Below, piece by piece: positions 11,828 through 23,624 of a DNA stretch of 64,000 nucleotides. Position 1 is the stretch's first letter; the number at the start of each line of letters is the position of its first letter. Made by a program: the position numbers and the translations under genes. This DNA comes from Camelus ferus (Eukaryota), in NCBI RefSeq assembly GCF_009834535.1, contig NC_045732.1:43214001-43278000 (forward strand), given 5' to 3'. The notes under the pieces were generated by a model that saw only the letters and a program-made list of their open reading frames with translations, did not search any database and was not told where the DNA came from.

Positions 11828-12130
11828 GCTGCCCCAGCGAGCCGGGCTCCGGACGGGCGGACTGGCTGGCAAGTGCGCAGCGCCTGGGCTAGCGGGCAGA
11901 GCTGAGATGCTCTGCGGCTGCGCACGACAGGGAACCCTGCCCTCCCCTGCTCACCCCCTTCCTCCACTCTACGCAGGCGCAGCCTTGGAACTCCTGCAGC
12001 CCCTCCATCCCGCCCGTCGCCATGGAGATGCCCAAGGGGCAAGGTGGAGAGCTGGAGCCTTCGATGGCGGTTGCCATGGCAGTCGGAGGGCAGTTGCCAG
12101 GGCAACAGACCTTGCTGTCTCCACAGCAGA
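11400..12130 (-). promoter_or_regulatory. PCSK1N promoter/CpG island
   Basis: CpG-rich around ATG 11827; two RFX X-box-like palindromes 12070-12083 and 12093-12106; RE1-like motif 11405-11425. Confidence 0.7.
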
Positions 12131-13098
12131 CAGGCAGAAAAGAATTGACTCAGTGGAGTGGAATGCGGGCCTGGTCCCCACCTCTCCTTCCTCGCGGAGA
12201 TGTATGACTTTGTTTATTGGATAAACAGTTACGGATGGTCTATGGACCAGGGCCTTTACAGGATGATGGGTTCAATCCAGGTGGTGTGACTGTGCATAGG
12301 CCAGTTCACCATTCTTAAGCGCAGCCCTTTAGCTGCATAAAGGGATTAATAGTAACTGACCCCCAGAGTGGCTTTGAAGGTTTAATAAGAATGACATTCA
12401 GTAGGAGCTCAATAAAAGTTCATTTCTATCCTCTCCTTGTCTCTGCCAGTATCTTCCTTTCTCCATAGCTCTGTTTCTCTTTCGAACTTATGCACCCACA
12501 GCTCTGTCTTCCACTCCCATCTGTCTCTCCCTGCCTGATTCTTTCTCTCCTTTCATCTCTACAACCCTCCTCCTGTCTCTGTCTTTATTTTGCTGCCTAT
12601 ATCTACTTGTTTTTCAATAAATACATAGATAGATTGATTTTACTCATATATTGTTCCAAAAGGATTTCAAGCCACTTAAAACGATACATGAAAGGAAATA
12701 AAATTTTGGTAAAATTTGTGTATCCATAGGGGAAGAAAATGTTGGGAAGGGCATGTCAGTGATTATTTCTGGAGACCAGGGAAGATAACTAATGGTTTAT
12801 CACTTTCTCCTTTACACTTTTCTCTGCTGTCTGAAAAACAAAGTTTCAATGAATATGTATTACTATTATTACCAGATGAAAAAAAAAAGATATTTTCATT
12901 TTGGAATTAAAGCAAAGTATGGTAAAATAGCATAAATTAAAAGTGAAAAAAAGAAATATTGATTTATGTTGCTGGGAATATATCTAATCTATTGATTCTA
13001 ACTGCCTCTATCTCTTCAGTATTACAAACAACAACTTTACAATGAAAATCCTCATACACATCCCCTTAAGGATCTGAAGATTATATACTCAAGCATGG

Positions 13099-13637
13099 TG
13101 TAATGGACACACAATTAAGATGGCTTCCATGATCTTTGCCTTTTGTAATCCTTGTGTAATCCCCTTCCTCTGAGTGTGTTGTGTGCATGTCCAAAGGTGA
13201 TCAGATACAAGTAATTACATATACATAATTATGTTAAAAATGAGGTTGAAATGGTCAACTTGTGAGGCAACTCCTACTCCCCTGCTGGCTTTAAGGAAGC
13301 AAGTGGCCACTTTGGGGAACCTCACATGGCAAGGAACAGAAGGTGGTCTTTAGGAGCTGAGGGTGGCCTCCAGCTGAGAGCCAGCAAGAAATTGAAATCC
13401 TCAGTTCTACGACCATAAGGAATTGGATTCTGCCAACAACCGGAGTGAGCTTGGAAACAGATCCTTCCCCAGTCAAGCAACAGCCTTAGTCAACACTTTC
13501 ATTTCAGCTTTGTGAGATCCTAAGCAGAGAACCCATTAAGAACCCTGACTCCTGACCCACAGAAACTGTGATATAATGCTGTAAGTATGTTCTTTTAAGC
13601 CGAGGAGTTTGTCATACAGCAATAGAAAACTAGCATA
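13099..13637 (+). mobile_element. MaLR solo LTR (MLT1-type)
   Basis: TG start; GCCAGCAAGAAA...CTCAGTTCTAC...AAGGAATTGGATTCTGCCAACAACC...GAGCTTGGAA; end CAGCAATAGAAAACTA. Confidence 0.8.
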
Positions 13638-14152
13638 AATGCGATAATAAGTTCTTCTATAGAGAAAATATTAAACTTCGTTTAAAGTTATAAAAGGTGA
13701 TCTGAATAAATGAATAAATGAAGATACGTTTTATGCTCTTGGATGAGACTATTTCACGTTATAAGTGTTTCAATGATCTCCAAATTAATATATAATTTCA
13801 ATACGATCTCAATTTAAATCTCAGCTGACTATTTAAAAAAATCAATAAAACTTATTTTTAAATGTATATAAAGAGTCCACACAAAACTTGTACATGAAAG
13901 TTAAAAGTAGCACTTTTCATAGTAGCCCCAAAATAGAAACAACTCAAATGTCTATCAACTGATGAATGAACAGACAAAATGAGGTATATTCATACAATAG
14001 AATATTACTCATTCATAAAACAAATTAAATACTGATACATGATGCAATATAAATAAAACTTGAAAATATTCTAAGTGAAAGGAGCCAGTGGACCTAGAGA
14101 TGATCACACTAAGTGAAGTAAATCAAACAAAGACAAATATTATATGATATCA

Positions 14153-14565
14153 TTCAGCCACAAAAACCGACAACATAACGCCATTTGCAGCAACATGGAT
14201 GTTCCTGGAGAATGTCATTCTAAGCGAAGTAAGCAAGAAAGAGAAAGAAAAATACCATATGAAATCACTCATACGTGGAATCTAAAAAAAACATAAATAC
14301 AAAACAGAAACAGACTCATAGACATAGAATACAAACTTGTGGTTATCAAGGGGGCAGAGGGGTGGGAAGGGACAGACTGAGATTTTAAAATGTAGAATAA
14401 ATAAACAAGATTATACTGTATAGCACAGGGAAATATATATAAGATCTTGTGGTAGCTCACAGAGAAAAAAAAATGTGACAATGAATATATCTATGTTCAT
14501 GTATAACTGAAAAATTGTGCTCTACACTGGAATTTGATACAACATTGTAAAATGACTATTAAAAA
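14153..14565 (+). mobile_element. Young L1 3' end
   Basis: CCATTTGCAGCAACATGGATG...CATTGTAAAATGACTA; near-identical to 38845-39265. Confidence 0.85.
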
Positions 14566-15612
14566 AATGAGAAGCTGTAGTATATTTAAAAAGAAAAGAC
14601 AAATATCATATGAGATCATTTACATGTGGGATCTAAAAAAAAAGATACAAATGAACTTATTTACAAACTAGAAATAGACTCACAGACATAGAAAACAAAC
14701 TCTGGTTACCAAAGGAGAAAGGGGGGCAAGAGAGGGATAAATTAGGAGTTCGGGATTAACATGTACACACTACTATACATGAAATTGATAAACAAGGACC
14801 TACTGTCTAGCACAGGGAACTATATTCAATTTCTAATAATAACTTATAATGGAAAATAATCTGAAAAAGAATATATATATATGTATATATACACACACAT
14901 ACAACTGAATCACTATGCTGTACACCAGAAACTAACACAACATTGTAAATCAACTATACTTCAATTAAAAAAAGAAAAAAGCAAGACACAAAAAGCCACA
15001 TATTGCATAATTCCATTTATGTGAAATGCTCAGAATAGGTAAATTCATAGAGATAGAAAGTTGATTAGTGGTTGCCAGGGCCTGAGGGGAGAAGAGAATG
15101 GAATGGGGGGTGATTGCAAATAGGTACAGAGTTTCTTTCTGAGGCGATGAAAATATTCTGGTGTTAGACAGTGGTGATGGCTGCCCAACTTAGTGAATAT
15201 ACTAAAAACCATTGAATTGTACACTTTAAAATGATGAACTTTATGGTATATAGATTATATGTCTCAATAAATAAATAAACATCTTTATAAAAGAATAAAG
15301 ATCTGTGAATAGCTAAATCAATTCTGAAAAAGAAATAAAGAAGGTGGATTTTACTTACCAGGTATTAGAATGTGTTCTAAGGCCAGAAAGGTGTTTGGAA
15401 AACTGGAGGAAAATAAGTAAGAGCCCTACCTCACACCATATACAAACAATAACTCCAGATGGTTAGATTGTCATGTAAAAGGAAACACCATAAATTAACA
15501 GAAAAAAAATACACTGTGTGACCTAGTGATGGGGAGGGGCTCCTTGAACAAAACTTCAAAAGCACAAATCACAAGGAAGAATGCTAATTGAAATATACAA
15601 TCAACATTTACA

Positions 15613-15736
15613 AGGAGGGAGGGTATAGCTCAGTGGTAGAGCACATGCTTAGCAGGCATGAGGTCCTAGGTTAAACCCCCACTACCCTCGTTAAATAAAT
15701 AAATAAATAAACCTAATTACCTCCCCTCCTACAAAA
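15613..15736 (+). mobile_element. tRNA-derived SINE
   Basis: Family head/tail; TTTACAA on both flanks. Confidence 0.9.
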
Positions 15737-16444
15737 GTTTACAATTTCTGTTTAATGAAAGACCCTACACACAAAGTTAACAGACATAACAGCGAACATA
15801 TATTTGCTACCTCTGAACTCACAAGAGGTTAAATATCCAGAATATAAAAGTGACTTTGAGAAATTGGCAAGAAAAAGATAGGCACCCCAAAGAAAAATGG
15901 ACAAAGGATAGGAACAGACAAATCACACAAGGAGAAGGAAACCCATGAGGTTATCAGACATATGAAAACATGCTCAATTTTACTAATGATTAAAGAAGTG
16001 CAAATGTTTTATAAAGGGCAATATTCCCTTACATCCTTCATATTAGCAAAAATTAAAAACTGAATCACAGAAAGTGTTGGCGGGCATGTGAGGATATATG
16101 AACCTCCAGGTACTGTTGGTGAGAGTCTGGGCTTGAGCAACCGTTCTGGATAGTCATCTGGCGGTATTCAATCAAATGAAGCCTTGACAAACAGAGTTGT
16201 CAAGTATCCCATGGTAGGAGGGGGCTTGGGAAAATCACCCCTGAGAAAGGGTATCTATGCTGAGAACTAAAGGTCCAGGAAGAGTTACCCAGGGAGTTGG
16301 GTATAAGGGAGAAGCATTTCAGGCAGAGGAAGCTGCACAAGCAAAGGATCTAGGGTAAGAAGCAGCATGGTGCATCCATAGAAGTGAAGTATGGCCAGTG
16401 AGCCCAAAGCACAGCAGCGACTTGTTCTGATTTGCTGTATTTTT

Positions 16445-16572
16445 TAAAATCAATCTTGTATATTTCTAGATTTATTTATTTATCTTTAAATGGAGGTACT
16501 GGGGATTGAACCCAGGACCTCGTGCATGCTAAGCACCTGCTCTACCACTGAGCTATAGGACCCCCCCACCAC
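16445..16572 (-). mobile_element. tRNA-derived SINE
   Basis: Reverse-complement family sequence; TSD TGATTTGCTGTATTTT. Confidence 0.9.
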
Positions 16573-17084
16573 CATGATTTGCTGTATTTTGAAGCCTTCT
16601 GGGAGAGTGTAGCAAAATGGTTTAATGAACACACACATCTGCCTCCCTTCCTTCCCCAAATCCCCCTAAAGCAACCCCAAAATATACGCTGAGAAGAAAA
16701 TCGTCAGTGGTGCTTTTCAAGAAAGTCATCAAGGGACCAGATACTCTGAGGCATTCTCCAGGAGAGATATTGCAGATGGAATCAAGCCATGTGGGGAAAA
16801 AAAAGAGCTCAGGGAACTACCACCTACATACAAGGAATGGAGATGGACTTTTGTGGAAGTCAAAGCAAGTCCACTTGCTCTCTGTGGTGCTCATTCCTGC
16901 TGTTTACTACAATTATCAGATTTTCATTTCTTTCTCCCTTCCAGGACCATGGAACATGGTGGGATCGTACTTCCTCATGACTGAGTGGAAGTGGCCTGTG
17001 TTGCTTCAGGCAAGAGCACATAACTGCCAGTATGAGCTCCTCCAGAGCTGTCACTCTTATTCCTTTAAATAGCATGTATTTACT

Positions 17085-18225
17085 GTTAGTCCCAAATTCG
17101 CATCTCTAGCCCGGGCCTCTGCAGATTCGAAATCCAACTGCCTCTTCAACATTTCCACTTGGGTGTTTAATAGGCATCTCGGGGAGAGGGTATAGCTCAG
17201 TGGTAGAGCACGTGCTTAGTATGCACGAGGTCCTGGGTTCAATCCTCAGTAGCTCCATTAAATAAATGATAGACAGACAGATAGGTAGATAGATAGACAG
17301 ACCTAATTACCTCCCTCAAAAAATCAAACCTCAAAAAAATAGGCATCTCAATGTTAACTCCCCCCAAAATGGAACTATTGATTGACTGCCCCCAAGGCCT
17401 GCCCTTCCACCACAAAAACAAAAACAAAAACTCTACTCCTCTCTCAGTCTCTCCCATCATTCACCTAGCATCTCAGGTCAAAAACCACAAAAGCATCCTT
17501 GACTTCTTTCTTCTTCTCATCCCCACAGCTAATCTCTGAGGAAATCCTGTTGGCTCCACCTTTAAAGTAGATCCATAACCCAACCTCTTCTCACCGCCTC
17601 CACCGCCAGCAGCCATCTGGACCGTGTCAGAAGGCCCCTCACTAGTCTCCCTGCTTCCTTCCTTGCCCCCCTTACCGTCTCTTTTCCTCAATGCAGCCAG
17701 AGGGATCCTATCCTAACTCAAGGAATGTCCCTTATATACTCAGAACTCCTCCCTGGCTCCCATCAGAATGAAAAATAAAGTCCACGGTCCCGCATAAAGC
17801 CTCTGGCCCACAAGGCCCTGTGAGACCTAGACCTTCTTACCTCTCTGACCTCCCATCCCACTGCTGTCCCCTCACTCACTCTGTACCTGCACTCGCCTCC
17901 TTTCTGTTCTATATCCGAGTCGAACACGTTTGCAACCTCAGGGTCTTTGCATCTGCTGTTCACTTTGTATGTGGTTTGTTCCCGTGTTTCATTCTGGTCT
18001 CTGTTCAGCAATCACCCCTTCAGAGATGACTTCCTTGATCTTTCTACCTGAAGTTCTCTGTCTCTATAGTCTGCTTTATTTTTCACTATAGCACTTAATC
18101 ACTCCCCTTTATTGCTCTATGTACTGTCTCCCCAACTACAAGGTGAGTTTCACAGGGACAGAGTCTTCGATTTCTTTACCATTGCATCCCCATGCCTGGA
18201 ATATAGTAGGGGTTCAATAAGTATG
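17085..18225 (+). mobile_element. L2 3' portion (interrupted by a SINE)
   Basis: CCAACTGCCTCTTCAACATTTCCACTTGG...GGCTCCACCTTTAAAG...CATGCCTGGAATATAGTAGGGGTTCAATAA. Confidence 0.8.
17181..17337 (+). mobile_element. tRNA-derived SINE
   Basis: Family head/tail; TSD AATAGGCATCTC. Confidence 0.9.
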
Positions 18226-18468
18226 GGAAAAGTATTGAGTTAAGAATAACCAGTGACACAAAACAGAAGGACTAGGAACAAATGGAACAGGAAAAAAATG
18301 AGAGGAAACAAAAATAATCAAAGGGGTATGAAAACTTCTTAAACGTCGATGATACTACACTCATAAAATAAGAATAGGCCATGTGCGGGGGCAAGGGATA
18401 TTGGAAAGTCTCTGTATCTTCCTCTCAATTTTGCTGTGAACCTAAAGCTGCTCTAAAAAAGGAGAATC

Positions 18469-18500
<32 letters not shown>

Positions 18501-18594
18501 GAGGCTGCTATGAAAAGAGCAGTCAGCAGACACAGGGCTGAATACATAGACTGGGAATCACTGAAGACAGAATTAGTGATCTGAAAGAAAATTT

Positions 18595-18832
18595 TGTTTG
18601 TTTATTAATTTTTTATTGAAATATAGTCACTGTACAATGTGTCAATTTCTGGTGTACAGCATAATGTTTCAGTCATACATATACATACATATATTCCTTT
18701 TCATAATCTTTTCCATTATAGGTTAATACAAAATATTGAATATAGTTCCGTGTGCTCTACAGTAGGACCTTATTGTTTATCTATTTTATATGTAGTAGTT
18801 AGTAACTGCGAATCTGGAACTCCCAATTTATC
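18595..18832 (-). mobile_element. L1 3' end
   Basis: TTTTTATTGAAATATAGT...GTGTGCTCTACAGTAGGACCTT...CTCCCAATTTATC. Confidence 0.75.
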
Positions 18833-18985
18833 TCTAACTTACTTCAATAAAAAAAACATCCTGGAGGCTAAAAACCTGAAGAAGATGGAGGTAGGAGGGA
18901 TGTCAGATCCATATGTCAAGGTCCACCTGCTGCAGGGCAGGAAAATGTGCGGAAGAAGAAAATGATCATCAAGCAGAACACTCTG

Positions 18986-20017
18986 TAGCACTTGTGTTTG
19001 GTTTTTGTTTAATCTGTGGACAAAGACTTGTAGACAGGTGCAAAAATAAATCCCCTTTTGCAACCCCAGAATTCATTGTTCAGTATGAGTTTTGATACAT
19101 ATAAGAAGCAATGTGATACCTAAAACAGATTCAAGTGATGGGGGTGCTGATAAACATAAAGATTGCGCTCCTAGGACTATAGAATTGGTAATTTAAAAGC
19201 ATAAGATATGAGAAATTATCAGCTATGTTGATTTAATACTCTAATTTTAATGTTCACATGACACAAAGATGGCTTTTATCTTGAACACAGTATCTGGACT
19301 TTGAAAAAGGTATTGGCATATCCCAACGATCAGTACTCTTCCAGGGTGTGATAAGCTTAGGAGTAAATACTATTTGAACTTAATGCGTGTTTATTTTTTA
19401 TTTATTTTTATTTTCTGGTGGGAGGAGGTAATCAGTTTTATTTATTTATTTATTTTTGATGGAGGCACTGGGGATCGAACCTAGTACCTCATGCATGCTA
19501 GGCATGCACTCTACCACTGAGCTATACCCTCCCCGCTAATGCATGTTTAGAGGGTGTTTAAAATTCAGAACCAGGCAGATCCATCTTCTCTGACCCCAAA
19601 TATAGCCCTAAAGTAAACTGCTTGAGGAAACTGGATCCCAAAGATTACAGGTGCAGAGTTTTTGAAGTGTGTCCATATTAAACTGGAGATCAAGGAAGCC
19701 CAACTAAAAGAATTATGGTCTGACTGACATGACAACTGTTGATTGAGCAAAAATTCTTTTTTGAAAGGCCTATCTAGAAGATTATGACTCAAACATGGGA
19801 GGAACCAAGGTGATGGGCAGCGGAAGGAATCATAACATGTGAAATTCTTAAAAAATTTATTGACTTAAATAATTCTGCCTATGTTACACTGTTACACAGT
19901 TAAAAAAAAAAACCTTTACACTTTTTGTAGAAAAAGTTAAAAAGAAGAAGAAGAAGAAGAAGGAGAAGAAGAAGGAGAAGGAGAGGGAGAGGGAGAGGGA
20001 GAGGGAGAAGAAGGAGA
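18986..20017 (+). mobile_element. Unidentified retroposed insert (3'UTR-like) with purine-rich tail inside the SYT5 copy
   Basis: Flanked by AGAACACTCTG (18975-18985) and AGAAGATTCTG (20018-20028); ends in A/(GAA)n/(GAGAGG)n. Confidence 0.6.
19394..19536 (-). mobile_element. tRNA-derived SINE
   Basis: Family sequence; TSD TAATGC(G/A)TGTTTA. Confidence 0.9.
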
Positions 20018-20861
20018 AGAAGATTCTGAACTCCTATTACACTGAGGCCTTCAGCTTTGAGGTGCCTTGTGACCACATCCAGAAGGTCCAGGTGGAGCTG
20101 ACTCTGCTGAACTACAAAAAGCTGGGCAAGAATGTGGCCATTGGGAGGGTGGCCACAGGAGTGGCAGCCAGTGGGGCTGGCCTCTGGCACTGGGCACACA
20201 CACTGGCCAACCCCTGGTGGCCCATTACCCAATGGCATTCCCTGCAGCCCCCTGACCAAGTGAGGTCACAGCCAGCACCCTGATCCCTCACCTCAAGCCC
20301 CTGACCCCAGACTCCTGGCCAAAGCCGCACCCATGCCCTCTTTTAAGCTTTCTTTGAACTCTAACACCCCCCACCCACCCACTCCTTCTGTCTCCCCTTC
20401 CCCTCTATTATGCCAATCATGATAACTTTCCAATTCCCCCACCAGGTAGAAGCCCCAGGGACTCCTGGGGGAGGGGTGCAACCTGGCATCCCCCAACTCC
20501 AGGGTCCCACCCTCTGCTTTGACAATCAGTGACCCCAGCCTACTGTCCCCTTGGCTCCCAGTGCCCCTTTTCCTACGCAGGACCACTCACTCCCGTCTCC
20601 AGTCTGATTCCACACTGCTCTGGGGACTAAATAAATACTCAGCAACTTCGAAGAGAAAAAAAAAAAAAAAGAAGGAGAAAATTTATGTTATGTGTATTTT
20701 ACCACAAGCAATTTTTAAAATTTTTAAATGAGGGAGAAGTAAAGACATTTTGTTTAGTAAACAAAAACATCACTAAACAGACTTGACCCACAGGAAATAC
20801 TAAAGAGAGTCCTTCAAGTGGAATTGAAAGGACACCAGATGATAACTCAAATCCACGTGAA

Positions 20862-20985
20862 GAGAGGAAGGGTATAGCTCAGTGGTAGAGTGTGTGCTTG
20901 GCATGCACAAGGGTTCAACCCACAGTACCTCCACTAAATAAATAAATAAACCTAATTACCTCCCCACCAAAAAACAAAACAAAAA
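20862..20985 (+). mobile_element. tRNA-derived SINE
   Basis: Family head/tail; AAATCCAC(G/A)TGAA on both flanks. Confidence 0.85.
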
Positions 20986-22098
20986 ATCCACATGAAAAAA
21001 TTAAAACACTGGCTAGGGTAACTACAGGGGGAAATACAAAAGACTGTATAAATATGTATTTTGTAATTCTTTTCTTCTGTTATCTGATTTAGAAGAGAAC
21101 TGCATAAAGCAATAATTATAAAACTGCTGGTGGACTTACAATTGTATAAAGATGTCATTTGTGTGACGATAATAGGGCAAAGGAGGAGAGAAGGAACCGA
21201 GCTATATTGGAGCAAATTTTCTGTATACTATCGAAATTAATTTAAAATAATTTAAATTAATTATTAATTAATAATTTTAAAACTTCCCACAGAGATGCTC
21301 AGATTGAGACGGCTTCATTGGGGAAGTCTACCAAGCATATAAAGAAGAATTAATAGCAATTCTTCACAAACTCTTCCCAAAAATTGAAGAGGAGAGAACA
21401 TTTTTCAGCTCATTCTATGAGGCCAAAAACAAAACCAAAGACAACACTAGAAAAGTACAAACCAATATCTCTTATGAGTATTGACTCAAAAATCCTCTTC
21501 AAAATCCTAGCAAACAAAATCCAACAACATAGAAAAAGGATTATACCCCATGGCCTAGTGGGATTTATTCCAGAAATGTAAGGTTGCTTAATATCTGAAA
21601 TCAATTAATGTAAAAGACCGTAACAATAGAATAAAGTACAAGAACCACATGAGCATCTCAATAGAAGCAGGAAAAGCACATGACAAAATTCAACACCCCT
21701 TCATTTTTTTTTTATTCATGAATCAACATATCAGCAACAAACTAGAAGTAAAAGAGAACTTCCTCAACCTGATAAAGGACAAATACCCCACAGCTAACAT
21801 CATACTTTTTTTCCCACAAGAAACTAATCTTCATCTCCCACCCCCACCAAAAAAAAAAAAAGAAAGAAACTAATCTTTACCCAATAAAGTTCTACACAAG
21901 TGGAATCTCATGCCACCTGGGCGCCAATCCCCAGCACAGCCAGTAACAAATGGACAGACCCTGGAGGAAGAGGGTTGGGGGAAGGAGGGACGTGGTAATG
22001 AGAGGGATTGCAGATCAATCTAGGCCACTCAGGGTCTGCAGTCCTGGGCAGGGGAAAAGGCTGAGAAGCTGAAACTTCCTTGTGCAAAAATCAGCCAA

Positions 22099-22434
22099 GT
22101 AGGGAGCGTATAGCTCAGTGGTAGAGCGCATGCTTAGCATGCACAAGGTACTGGGTTCAAATCCCAGTATTGCCATTAAAAATAATAAATAAATAAATAA
22201 ATAAATAATAAATTAATGTATAGCACAGGGAAATGTATACAAGATCTTGTGGTAGCACACAGTGAAAAGAATATGACAAGTAATATATGTATGTTCATGT
22301 ATAACTGCAAAAATTGTGCTCTACACTGGTAATTGACACAACATTGTAAACTGACTACAACTCAGTAAAAAATATTAATAATAAATAAATACATAAATAA
22401 ATCTAATTACCACCCCCCCAAAAAATCCTAAAAC
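22099..22434 (+). mobile_element. tRNA-derived SINE with a young L1 3' fragment (~22215-22375) in its tail
   Basis: TSD AAAAATCAGCCAA 22086-22098 / 22435-22447. Confidence 0.85.
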
Positions 22435-23206
22435 AAAAATCAGCCAAAAATAAATTTAAAAATTAAATCGTTTTCTTTAAAAAAGAAAAGAAAAGATAAC
22501 TAGAACCAAGCTTACCTTCTCTGAAGATTGTTGGAGCCCTTCCATCCTGGGTGGAGAAGGGGTTACCAATCCATTCACACACCCTAAGACCCAGCAGAGG
22601 ATGTATCAAAGAACTTAACATCATACTTAATGGTGAAAGACTGAAAGCTTTTCCCCCAAGGATCAGGAACAAGACAAGGCTGTTTCCTTGACCATTTGAC
22701 CATGTCTATTTAACATTGTGCTTGCCAGGGCAACTGGGCAAGAAAGGGAAATAAAAGGCATTCATATTGGAAAGGCAGAACTGAAATTCTTTCTATTTGC
22801 AAATGACATGATCTTGCACATGGATAATCTTAAGGAATCCACAACAAAACCATTAGAGCTAATGAGACCAGCAAGGTTTCAGGATGCAAGATCAATATCG
22901 CCAAATTCAATTGTATTTCCATATACCGGCAAGGACAATCCAAAAATGAAATTAAGAAAACAATTCCATTTGCAGTAGCCTCAAAAAGAATAAACACTCT
23001 TAGAAATAAGTTTAACAAAATAAGTTCAAGACCTGTACACTGAAAATGACAAAACCACATAACATGAGCTCAAATCCAATAACTTACATCTAGTACCCCT
23101 TTTTCAGATACTCTGTGGTTCCCCATGGTGTGTGGTCTCCCTCATTTGCAGCAAGTCAGTAAACCCAACTTGGTTTGACTACTGTGTTCCTGATGGGTTT
23201 GTTTGT

Positions 23207-23313
23207 TGGTTTGTTTGTTTGTTTGTTTTTCTGGAGGTATTGGGGATTGAACCCAGGACCTCACGCATGCTAAGCAGACGATCTACCACTGAGCTATACC
23301 CACCCTCTCCCCA
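23207..23313 (-). mobile_element. tRNA-derived SINE
   Basis: Reverse-complement family sequence with (TTTG)n tail. Confidence 0.9.
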
Positions 23314-23624
23314 TTGGTTTTTAACTGACAGGCATTTACAAGAATGGAGGCTTCCTTGACATTCAGGTCAAGCCCTCAATGCTTTATCTATCTTTCTACC
23401 ACCTGTTCCTACGTTCTGTCCTCTTGTATAGTACGAGTCTTATATTTAGTCACATATCTGAGTGTTGTTTTGCAACAAAAGGAAACAGCTATAGGGACAG
23501 AATGAGCATGTTCTGTAATACTTCTATTCTCCAGCTGGTCCTGGGGGCTCAAGGGGTCAAAAGTTCTTCTCAGATCAGCATCCATCCTTCGGACAAACAT
23601 GCTTTGGATCAATATCAGAAAATC

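Larger units (their letters stand above)
13640..16160 (+). mobile_element. Nested L1 remnants (old L1M with younger L1 3' ends)
   Basis: Several L1 3'UTR signatures (CAAATGTCTATCAACTGATGAATG; GACTCACAGACATAGAAAACAAAC; GTGGTTGCCAGGG). Confidence 0.7.
18857..20670 (+). pseudogene. SYT5: Synaptotagmin-5 processed pseudogene (5'-truncated C2B + 3'UTR + polyA), split by an insertion
   Basis: 18857-18985: [27 protein letters not shown], frameshift, then [11 protein letters not shown]. 20029-20283: NSYYTEAFSFEVPCDHIQKVQVELTLLNYKKLGKNVAIGRV...HWAHTLANPWWPITQWHSLQPPDQVRSQPAP*, which follows the SYT5-type C-terminus. AATAAA 20630-20635, A-tail 20656-20670. Confidence 0.88.
20700..23060 (+). mobile_element. 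Decayed L1 ORF1/ORF2 (reverse transcriptase) fragment
   Basis: [25 protein letters not shown]...GFIPEM (21384-21581); EAGKAHDKIQHPF; LARATGQEREIKGIHIGK...LFANDMILH (22718-22978; FADD motif degraded); stops and frameshifts. Confidence 0.9.

Noticed and set aside
18586-20684. AGAAAATTT on both sides as a TSD for a composite L1+SYT5 insertion
   Set aside because: Only 9 bp in AT-rich DNA, and the right copy also fits an ordinary L1M tail phrase.
21905-21925. TGGCGCCCA (minus strand) as a retroviral tRNA-Lys primer-binding site
   Set aside because: The match is only ~9 nt and there is no adjacent LTR.
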